A stretch of DNA of 64,000 bases from Eledone cirrhosa (lineage: Eukaryota), in the NCBI GenBank assembly GCA_964016885.1, contig CAXHJY010000159.1, forward strand, positions 124,001-188,000, read 5' to 3'. Shown in pieces: positions 1 to 10,665 of this stretch. A model generated the notes under the pieces. The model saw only the letters and a list, made by a program, of their open reading frames with translations. It had not been told where the DNA came from and did no database searches. Each line of letters starts with the position of its first letter. Position 1 is the first letter of the stretch. Position numbers and translations under genes: made by a program.

Positions 1-1270
1 TTGGTGGTGGTGATTTTTGTGTCGTGCTTGTGTTTGGTGCTGGTGGTGGTGATGTTTGTGTTGTGTTTGTGGTTGGTGGTGTCTGTATTTTGTTTGCTGT
101 GTGTGGTATTAGTGTATTTTTGGAGGTGGGTGGTGCTGGTGTACTGTTTGTGGTGGGTGTGGGCAATAGTCCTTTTTGGGGGATACGTTTCGGGCAGTTA
201 GCCTTAACGTGTCCCCTTTCCATGCATAAATAGCATGCTGGTCTTCTCCCCTCTACAATTATGTCTATTGGGGTAAGGTCATCCAGCCAGATGCGATCCG
301 GGATTTGTGCTATTCTTTCGGGCCTCATTTGGACTAGTATGTCGAGGCCCATTCCCAGGAACGCATCTCCAGTTGCCTTCCCCATTGACAGCATAGTGTC
401 TTCGCCCATATCAATGAAGCCAGCAATAGCCCACCAGAAGTCCATTGTGGGCAGCATTGTTTTTACTTTTACCCTCTGTGTTCTTCTACCCATGTAGGAG
501 GGATAGAAGCTATATGTTGTCGACGAGAGTGGGCTTAGGGAAAGCTGAACCGCCGTTTCTTTGTCTCTTGTTAGGACCGAAATGCTGCCATAGAGTCGGT
601 CCTTTCGTATGAAGAGAATATTCTTCATATAGTCTTTTAGGACTAACTCTATTTCCATTTGGCTGGGCTGTGCTGGCTTTCTTGACTGGTTTAGTATAGT
701 TCTGTATATAACTGTGTTTTCTGCTCTGGCTTTCTTGAATTCTGGGGGGGAGTTAATGGAAAACATTCCGTTCTCCCCCAAAACAATATGTTTCTTTGCT
801 TCGGCCAGTTTTTCTCTGGCGGCAGTTAGGTCAATTGGTGTGTATGTAATGGATTGCTTTGTTTTCTGGGCGAAAGTTGCCCTGTCGTTATTTGTATTAT
901 TTTCTGTTTGTTTGTTTTCTGTTTGCTCATTTTCCTTAACATTTGTTTTTTCATTTTGTTTGTTTGTTTCAATGTCTAATTTTGTTGTAATTATTTTTTG
1001 TTCTTCAGACTTGGGGGGCGTGGCAGAGCTAATGGCAGACATGTCTGCCATCTTTTCCGCCATGCTGCCAAGAAAGAAATTTTTCGGCAAAAATAGATAT
1101 TTATTTTACCCCCTAAAAAGGGGGTAAATGCAAAAATGTTTCCCCCCTAAATAACAGGGGTTAGTGTTCCAAATGTGTTGCACTAAAAATTTTATCCGGT
1201 ACTTACAATAGTAAGGGTAAATCCCGATGGAATAGCGGAGCCGATGCGAAGCGTGTCTTACTCTATCAAG
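1..1270 (-). mobile_element. 5' end of a Tx1/L1-clade non-LTR retrotransposon (copy A), running off the window
   Basis: Its minus-strand ORF1 is homologous to ORF1 at 14065-16023 (shared DRLYGS, FYPSYMG.RTQR and GRRP.C..C motifs). The 5' end abuts (GATA)n at about 1269. Confidence 0.85.
2..1063 (-). CDS. ORF1 (gag-like, CCHC zinc knuckle) of Tx1-like LINE copy A, partial
   Basis: The ATG at 1063 (MAEKMADMSAISSATPPKSEEQK...) is in frame with SFYPSYMG at about 493. GRRPACYLCMERGHVKANCP lies at about 250-190. It is absent from the ORF track, presumably because no stop falls within the window. Confidence 0.8.
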   Translation of the reverse strand, partial: MAEKMADMSAISSATPPKSEEQKIITTKLDIETNKQNEKTNVKENEQTENKQTENNTNNDRATFAQKTKQSITYTPIDLTAAREKLAEAKKHIVLGENGMFSINSPPEFKKARAENTVIYRTILNQSRKPAQPSQMEIELVLKDYMKNILFIRKDRLYGSISVLTRDKETAVQLSLSPLSSTTYSFYPSYMGRRTQRVKVKTMLPTMDFWWAIAGFIDMGEDTMLSMGKATGDAFLGMGLDILVQMRPERIAQIPDRIWLDDLTPIDIIVEGRRPACYLCMERGHVKANCPKRIPQKGLLPTPTTNSTPAPPTSKNTLIPHTANKIQTPPTTNTTQTSPPPAPNTSTTQKSPPP

Positions 1271-1342
1271 ATAGATAGATAGATAGATACAAATGATCTC
1301 TACATGACTAGAACCATTTCATTCGTCTGAAATCATCTTTCT

Positions 1343-1668
<326 letters not shown>

Positions 1669-2151
1669 GAGGGGGGGTACAAATTCTGGTAAGTTGTAAA
1701 CATACAGAGTAAAAATATTGGGGCGATGACAAAATATTTTTCTTCTCGATAGAAAATTCAATTTAGAATTCATCTTAAGAAATATTTTATCTCTTCTGCT
1801 GGGAGAAGGCCCGAATTTTATTATTGACGAAACTGTATAGATACTTTGTTGTTTCAAGCCCATTAAATATAGCATATTAATATAATATAACTCGGAAACT
1901 ATTATATATTTTTTGTTATTTTACCTCATTCTTTGGTAATTCTTATTAGGACTTTTAGAGTATATTATAATCGTCAAATCAATATGAGATGTATAAATAG
2001 AAAGATGTTCGATATATTACAACTGAAAAGCACTAATAATATTTACAAAAACGTTGTGAATGAGCGCTTGCTCTTTCTTGGAATACAAATGGCTATAAAG
2101 AAATAATTTCATTCCTCTAGTTTCTAAATATTAGATTTGTAGCTAGGCAAC

Positions 2152-2234
2152 TAAAAAATAGGCTTCCATTTGTATTGATGTGCAATCTTCTGAGATAAAT
2201 ATTTAGTATTTGACTCTAACTAGAACAGTGTGAA

Positions 2235-2305
<71 letters not shown>

Positions 2306-2355
2306 GTATATATGTGTGTATATATATATGTGTGTGTGTATATATATATATATAC

Positions 2356-2436
<81 letters not shown>

Positions 2437-2536
2437 TATATATACATACATATATTCACACTGTTCTAGTTAGAGTCAAATACTAAATATTTATCTCAGC
2501 ACATTGCACATCAATACAAATGGAAGCCTATTTTTA
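2152..2536. repeat. ~90-bp inverted repeat enclosing a (TA)n run
   Basis: 2152-2243 is the reverse complement of about 2445-2536 with about 3 differences. Confidence 0.9.
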
Positions 2537-2538
2537 TG

Positions 2539-2581
<43 letters not shown>

Positions 2582-2826
2582 GCTTCTACTTTTGGCACAA
2601 GGCCAGCAATTATCCAGTGTATTACTGGTACTTTATTTTATCGACCCCGTAAGGATGAAAGGCAAAGTTAACCTCGGCGGATATATATATAATGTACGAA
2701 ATTCCTTAGAGCAGTAGGATATACTGCAAGGCTTTGAACTATTAAAGAATACCAACAACCAATAAAGTCATTCTTCTATGTTTGTAATTATATATATATA
2801 TATATATATCTAAATGCACACACACC

Positions 2827-2899
<73 letters not shown>

Positions 2900-2927
2900 A
2901 CTCAAACATAAATATATATATATAGTA

Positions 2928-3143
2928 GATGGATGCGAATCCGAAATATAGGGACAATTAAATCTCTCCCAAGGTAACTCTATCTCGTGTTATTATTTTT
3001 ATTTTTTACGCTCTTTCCTATGTTCCTCTACACACTATACCTTTCATTCTAAATTCCCTTACATCTCTCTCTTCACCACCGGATTCTGTTACCCGGAGAT
3101 TTACCTATCTGCATTGTTGAGGCTTCCAAATCGACCAAAAGAA

Positions 3144-3145
<2 letters not shown>
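2928..3145 (+). mobile_element. Penelope-like terminal fragment starting in a truncated hammerhead core
   Basis: GA-T-GGAT-GCGA-ATCC-GAAA-TATA-GGG. The downstream sequence resembles 38641-38810. It lies between (TA)n runs. Confidence 0.55.
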
Positions 3146-3179
<34 letters not shown>

Positions 3180-4662
3180 AAAAGAGTCCTTTACCCACTC
3201 TACTACCATAATTATCGAGTACTCTGGTCCGTTATGGTCCACCTGGTTCCTTACCACACTTTCTTTGTTATATATATATAGTGTATATTTCGGAACTAAC
3301 AACGTCGATACTACAGCAATGCTGAATCTCGTCAAAGATAATTTACAAAGATTATCTATTGTTGCAAATTTCGATAAAGACAAATCTGGTATCAGAAGAT
3401 GACAAATAACAATGATATATTTAGGTTCGTATGAGGCATGTGCTTCTCTTAAAGTTTCACACTTTAGAGTATATTTTAAAAAAATATCTTAAGCAGTTTT
3501 GTTGAAAATATTCTTTCCTGAAAAGAATGAATGATATTTCATGTTTCCATCACCCATTATTCCTAAAGTAGAATATATACTAAGTTATTAAAGGAAGTAA
3601 AACTCTTTGAAAGCCAACATGGTTACAAATATGTCAATGAATTATTTATTATATACAGGTTCCACATTGGTATACCATAATCTATGCCAAGAAATATGAG
3701 CCAACATTGATTGCATGGATATTTGATCGTTTTCAACTTAAGTAGACATAATTTTATCAAGCTAGATTAATGAATTGGCCCGAAGACAAGTTACTCATTA
3801 TTGTTGCTTCTAGTAATTTATCACTTTAACAATTAGCAACTTAAATGTTTGCTTCATAACTAACATCGAATTTTTGTAAATATTTTAGTCAATAGTAAAT
3901 TATACTAATATTTCTATATGCAGAGTTAATAACCCATTATATTTATAGCTTTCTGTGTGTATTAGTCCATACTATGAAATATATCACATCATTATGCTGT
4001 TGTCGAACCTCCGTCGGTTTCGATGACGAGTGTTCCAGTTGTTTCATCAACGGAACACTTTGTTCGTGAATTTAACGTGCAAATGGCTGAGAATTTCACA
4101 GACATGTGTACCCTTAATGTGTTTTACAAAGTGAGTCAGTGTGTGACAGCTGCAGTACTAAATCTGTGCCTTTGAAATCCTTAAATGTATCGGCTCTCCA
4201 AAAAAAAAAAGATCCAACATATAATTTGTATGCGGGTTGTGGACGAAGAGGTTGAGAGTAAGAAGCCAGAAGTGAATTTTCTTGTAATAGTCTTCAAAAG
4301 GCACTAAGTTTTGTTTAAATATTCTCTTTCTATCATTCTACATTTTCCGATAACAAGGCAGTGCTTCTTAAAACCTTGGTGAATCCTTTTCTGTTCTGGT
4401 CCATGATTTTCAACTGGTCAAGACTTTTATTAAAATGGAAAAATACGTAAGACAATACTTTTGCCGTGAACGAATTTCTTGGTTTGCCTTCTTTCCCTTC
4501 GTTTCTTCTTCTACAATTTGTTCTACTAATTCAATGAAGTTCTGATTGGTTGATGCTTTGGATCCATTTTCTGATAACTGTTCTGCATAATCCAGTTCTG
4601 CTTCTAATTGACGGGACGGATCTCCATGTGCATTGTCTAAGGTTAATAAAATATTTGATGAA

Positions 4663-5085
4663 GGCGCATGGCTTAGTAGTTAGAGCATTGGGCTTGCAAT
4701 CGAAAGGTTGTGAGTTCTATTCTCTGACTGGGTGATGTGTTGTGTCCTTGAGCAAGACACTATATTTCATGTTCCAGTTTACTCAGCTGTAGAAATGAGT
4801 TACAATCCTGCCAAATCAATGGGTGGCAGTAGTTTCAGCTGCACGCATCGAAAGACTGGTGTAGCGGTTCTGAGAACAGTGCAGCTTTGCAGATGATCAA
4901 TGCAAATTGACAATAGAAAGGTGCTTGAGTTAGAAGAGAACTATTGACCTTCAGGAGAAGCAGCGACCCCTGATTGTATTCAGCAACCGAAACAAATATG
5001 AAGTACACCAAATCCAATGCTCCTAGGGGCGGCCCTGGTTGTTTTTATTTGCGAGTGTAACTCGGCTAGATTAAATTAGATTAGA
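4663..5085 (+). mobile_element. tRNA-derived SINE with a CORE-like domain
   Basis: A box TGGCTTAGTAG, B box GAGTTCTATTC, and CORE-like TTGTGTCCTTGAGCAAGACACT. Related copies lie near 25930-26050 (-), 36890-37310 (+) and 40090-40230 (-). Confidence 0.7.
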
Positions 5086-5262
5086 TTGTTTCCACTTTAG
5101 GCACAAAGCCAGCAATTTTAAGGGAAGGGGAAATTCGATTAAATCTACCCCAGTGCGTTACTAATACTTTATTTTATCGACCCCTTTACGATAAAAGGCA
5201 AAACTAACCTCGGCGGGATTTGAACACAGAACGTAAAGGGCCGTGACTCTATGCTGTCGAAC
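5085..5262 (-). mobile_element. tRNA-derived SINE, second family (GCCTTTCATCCTTACGGGGTCGATAAAATAAAGTACCAG core)
   Basis: Matches the full + strand copies at 27661-27854 and 34103-34289. Further copies are near 2578-2680, 20770-20935, 31301-31404, 40405-40570, 46441-46633, 48830-48990 and 59740-59897. Confidence 0.75.
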
Positions 5263-5917
5263 ATGAATGGGATTTCTATTTTAAGGCAATATTGTTGTAC
5301 ATTTTGAATAAAACATTTTGAAAACCAGTCGACAATTAATACTTCAATCCATAACTTGAACTGTTAGTTGGCTTATAGGTATACGTTTTTGTATCTAGTC
5401 TTCCATCAAGTGTATCAACAATTTCTCCCTTTTGTGGGTAGGCTCTTGTTACCTCTTAAATGATTATCGTTGATTGTATAGTAGCCGAATCTTTTACTAT
5501 GTTCAAACTTCCTTCTTTACCATAAATAATACTTAAGATCGTCGAATAAGACATCTCATGTGATAGCATTTCTTTTTTTTCTCTCTTTCATGTCGTCTGA
5601 TTATATTTATTTTAAATTCCAAATTAAGTATCTTTCTCTGTTTCTTGTTTGGTGTATTGGCAGATGAAAAAATGTTCCTTTTGCACGACATTTTTGTTGG
5701 TAGTAAATCTTTAAAAGCTAAGTGAGCTAGTTCTAATATGACTGTGAGGTGTAAATGATGCTTAAAGAAATGCGATAGTGATTCTGTTCAGAGATGCACA
5801 TGAATGCAGATGTAGAAATATTTGAATTTAACTGCTGAAGCCTAACGAGTGCAAAGAAGAAATGCGCATCATGTTCATATATGCACGGAAATATAAATAG
5901 TTATAAGACGCAGAAAG

Positions 5918-5919
<2 letters not shown>

Positions 5920-6006
<87 letters not shown>

Positions 6007-6043
6007 GTGCGTGTGTGTGAGTGTATGTATGTATGTATGTATG

Positions 6044-6102
<59 letters not shown>

Positions 6103-6112
6103 ATGTGTGTGT

Positions 6113-6192
<80 letters not shown>

Positions 6193-6220
6193 GGGGGGAG
6201 AAGAGAGGGAGGGAGAGATG
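5920..6220. repeat. Compound microsatellite (TTA/TA/TATG/TG/GA)
   Basis: Visible directly. Confidence 0.95.
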
Positions 6221-6689
6221 ACTATGTATATCAATGTCTTATTTTTTTTAATTTATGACTGTTTCTCTCCTACGTCCTTTCTTCTTTCTCCGTCTATCTT
6301 ACACTTTCTACTTCATGATTCCTTAAGTTAACAAGTAAGGGGAAGGTACGAGTTTGTACATTACCTAGCGTGACAGTTGCATTTATGTATGAAGTTTTGA
6401 CATATTGAGCAGATAGATTCAGAAGTTTTCGACTAAATATATGCATATGTAAACGTTTTTTTTATATATAAAATGATTCATAAATAATGAATGTTTATAC
6501 TTGAACACGACATATATTTGAAGATTTAAGGTAAACTTAGTGAATATATAACTATAATTTTTTTTTTTTTTTTGAAACTTTTACTGTGAAAAGAATGAAG
6601 TGGGAAGTGTGAACACTTTCAACTAATTCTCTAAAAACAGAAAATTATGCCTGACCTGCATACGTTTGGTAAGTGATAATTATCCTCTA

Positions 6690-9430
6690 ATGAGCATAAA
6701 ACAAGCTAATTGCGGAATTTCTGAAAAGCTGGATATAAGCTGATGTTGCTCGGTAAAGAAAAGACAGTATGCAGAAGCAATACAGACTGTAGCTGCGGAG
6801 CAACAACCTTTTTTAGGGATTGTAGAAAAGATTAAGACATTTGACTTGGCTACATCAGATACAAAACCAAAGTCAGTCACACCAGCATTCGTGACCACCA
6901 CAAGTAAAGGACCCACTGACACCCAGCCTAGTGTCATATCGGCGGCCACTGCTGGCTCCTCATATGTCACACTGCTAAACGTCTGAGTCCTGGTAAAACT
7001 GACTAGCATGAGTAAAATCTGAGAGACCTAGCCACAAGCAATCAAGCAATATGCATGGCATGAACTGAAACACACCTGATAGCTAGCATAGCAGATGCAG
7101 GAATACACATACCAAAATATGTTGTATTTCGTATTGGCAGAAGGGAAAGAACTCGTGGTGGAGTAGCTTTGTACATCCGAGAGGATGTCACATCATTAGT
7201 ATTGTTACATTCCAACTCTGTCTCTGACATGCTAATAGTACACGTAAATCAACTGAAAATGGTAACATGTGTCACATATTGACCACCAGATGCCTCTAGT
7301 CACGAGGACAAATTTGAAACCTCAACAAAATTGAAGTACTAATCAAACTAGATCAGAGTCTCGACATACTGTTGCTGAGAGATTTTAAACTCCCCCAAGT
7401 CAAATAGCCCGAAGACCACACCCTCTCAGAATTATGGCAGGTTAACAAAGACAGACAGAATTCTTTCTGGACCTTACAGACTATTTATGGAACAAATAGC
7501 ACTTCGTCCAACAAGAGGTGAGAATATCCTGAATCTTTGCTTCACAAATAACACGAAGCTCATCCACAATGTGAAGGTGACACCAACAATTTTCTCGGAT
7601 TATAACATAATAGAACTAGTAGTATATAGTCCGAGAAAGATATGCAGCCGACAGGAACCACTCGGTTTCTATCCACCTTAAACTTCCACAAAGCTAGCTC
7701 TAAACGTATTCTGGAAGAGATCCTGAAGCAAAATTGGGCCGACAGTCTCTCTACGGAAGATGTCAACATGCAATTTGAGCAATTCATAGCAATAATACAA
7801 GCCATATATTATAAATTTTCCCCGGAAAGAAAGGCCAACAGATACAAAAATATTATTCCCGAAGACAGAAAAAACCCTTAGGAAGAGGAGAAAGAAAATC
7901 TCAAACCTGCTACATATACAACTAAAGAACAAGGAATCATATTTGAAGCAAGCACCCTTTGAAATTGAAATCGAACTGAGACTGCCCCATGAAAAGGAGA
8001 GGGCAGAAAGAAAAACCAGAACTATAGAAAACATAAAAACGAATCCTAAGGCTTTCTTTAAATTTTCAAAAGTCACCGCATCGGTGCACTACAGGATAGG
8101 GTCACCTTTATGGAAAAGTGGCTCACTGACCGCAGACCCCCAAAGGATAAGTGAAACACATGCAAATAATAATATGGAACGAATCGTCAGAAGGAAACTG
8201 ATCTCATTCCTAGAGCAAAATAGTCTTCTAACTGACACCTAGCATGGCTTTTTTCCCGAGTAGAAGTTGCCCTACGCAGCTCTTACAGCATTATGACTGG
8301 GTACTGAAACAGCTTCTAGACTGTTCGAAGGTGGATTTGATATATCTAGACTTTGCGAAGGCCTTCGACAAGGTCGATCATGGCATGGTATATCACAAAC
8401 TACGTAGATTTGATAGAGTTGGAAAATTAGGTGAATTACTTCACTACTTCTTAAATGACAAAAGCCAGACTGTTGCAACCAATGGGCCCTCCAAAGGATA
8501 CGCCAATAACAAGTGGTGTGCCCCAGGGAACACTCTTGAGACCACTACTCTCCGTGGAAGGTCTCTCAGACATGCCTTCTATAATACAGACGCCCTCCCT
8601 CACTAGCTATGCTGATGACACGAAAGTAGATCAGGCAATCAAGAAACCAGCTGGTGCTATTCTCTTATATCATGATTTAGATGTCATATACAAATGGGCT
8701 GAAGACAACAATATGCAGTTTAATGCTATCAACCCACAAACACAAAGCCACAACAACAAATCTAAACTTGATCAGGAGGAATCGAAATCTCCTAGTTGAA
8801 ATCAATACGTGACCTGAGTATTGAGATGAGCAATGTTGGATCGTTTCATGCACACGTCACCAATATGATGGCAATGTGCAGACGACTGGCAGGTTGGATT
8901 CTGAGGACATTCAGAACAGGGGAACAGAAAACCATGCTAGTCCTGTGGAGAACCTTTGTCCCCAGTCGACTGGGCTATGGCTGTTAGCTGTAGTCAACTC
9001 ACAGTGTCAAACTAACCACGAAACTTGAAGCAGTCCACCCAAGCTACAGCAAAAAGATTGCCTCAGTGAAAGAGATGAGCTACTGGGAAAAGCTAAAAGA
9101 ACTAAAGATCAATTCATTGGAGCGAAAACGGTGTGGATGTTCTATTTATGATATAGGTATGGAAGATCCTCGAAGGGTTAGCACCAAACTTTGGCATTGA
9201 GAGCTGGAACAACCATACGAATAGGATATCACTGTGTAGTGCCAAAGGTTTCATCCTTCGCAAGAATAAAGACCAGATACTGCAGTAGCCTGCAGTTCAA
9301 TGGCTCCCAGAAATTTAATAAGCTGGAAAAAATCTGAGAGATCTAAATGATGCTCACCAAGTTCCCAGATGTATATATACACATATATGTTATGGTCCAC
9401 CTCGTTCCTTATCAAACTTCCTTCGTTATA
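6690..9430 (+). mobile_element. Degenerate CR1-group LINE (APE endonuclease plus RT), frameshifted and internally deleted
   Basis: Motifs TETHL, RGGVALY, PTRGENILNL, NIKTNPKAFF, YLDFAKAFDKVDH, SGVPQG and YADDTK. The 3' end (gttatggtccacc...) recurs at about 3230-3270 and runs into (TACA)n. Confidence 0.85.
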
Positions 9431-9476
9431 CATACATACATGCATGCATGCATACATACATACATACATACATACA

Positions 9477-9563
<87 letters not shown>

Positions 9564-9782
9564 GTTATTCCGGGTTGAATCGGAGGTAACCACAGTAAGT
9601 AAGGTACTCAATACATTGCAGAGTATAAAAGAGTATAAAAGTTTTAATATAGATGAGATTCTACAGGACTAGAACTGTTTCATTCTTTAGAAATCATCAG
9701 GAATCATCAGGAATCCTGATGATTCCTGATGATTTCTAAAGAATGAAACAGTTCTAGTCCTGTAGAATCTCATCTATATTAA

Positions 9783-9786
<4 letters not shown>
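9564..9786. mobile_element. Fold-back element with a CTGATGA...GAAA core, Penelope-like terminal repeat
   Basis: Palindrome at 9641-9786 centred near 9712. The same unit recurs at 40618-40756, 42695-42783 and 45529-45729. Confidence 0.65.
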
Positions 9787-9864
<78 letters not shown>

Positions 9865-9951
9865 ACTATATATATAAATGTCTAATGGTAGCTAATGCTT
9901 CCATGGGCGGTATGCCGGTTGAGCCCTCTATGCTCCTACGGAGCAGAGTAT

Positions 9952-10221
9952 TATAGAATGGAAAACAAAAAATCAGTGATGCATCGGAACTCAATTTATT
10001 GTGTGTTACAATTGTTTCCCCGGCGAGCAGCTCAAGGTGCGATCTGTGGGTGGATCTACCTGACTCTAGACTCGCAGGTTCCTCGGACACATCTAATGAT
10101 TTTGGATCATATCCTCTTTGAAAGAGGATATGATCCGAAATCAATAGATGTGTCCAAGGAACCTGCCAGATTGTAACACACAATAAATTGAGTTCCGATG
10201 CATCACTGATTTTTCGTTTTC

Positions 10222-10230
<9 letters not shown>
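9952..10230. repeat. Nested inverted repeats between (TA)n runs
   Basis: Outer arms 9952-10011 and 10170-10230. Inner hairpin 10075-10166 centred at 10120. Confidence 0.85.
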
Positions 10231-10260
<30 letters not shown>

Positions 10261-10380
10261 AACATATATATATTATAAGTTAAAGAGGTAGAACAAACAA
10301 TATTTGAAGAACGTGTGTCATTAGATATTAGCATGGAGACCAATTATTTTCCTACCTCTTTATATATATATATATATGTA

Positions 10381-10446
<66 letters not shown>

Positions 10447-10665
10447 TATATTTCTTTATTTACCATAAAGGTATAAAAAGAAGGGACAAATACAAAGGGG
10501 GAATTTGCATAAAACCGAGTAAAAAGGGTATAAAATGAAAATAATCAAAAACAACCTCAAAAGGGAGGGGACGTGATGGGGGTTGCACACACCCCCGAAA
10601 AAGTGTGCAATCCTTTGCCCGGGGAGCACATGGAGAAGGTGCTCCCTTCTCCTTCACTTCTTTAC

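Larger units (their letters stand above)
4250..5700 (-). pseudogene. Decayed Tigger/pogo-family transposase, internally deleted and split by SINE insertions
   Basis: Minus-strand segments read KKQRKILNLEFKINIIRRHE (psq-type HTH), MSYSTILSII, REKLLIHLMED*IQKRIPIS (CENP-B HTH), WFSKCFIQNVQQYCLKIEIPF, NILLTLDNAHGDP (cf. LDNAPGHP DDE motif) and MDQNRKGFTKVLRS. Confidence 0.75.

Noticed and set aside
4460-4636. Exon-like acidic reading frame on the minus strand
   Set aside because: Explained as part of the Tigger/pogo remnant (LDNAHGDP and the C-terminal segment).
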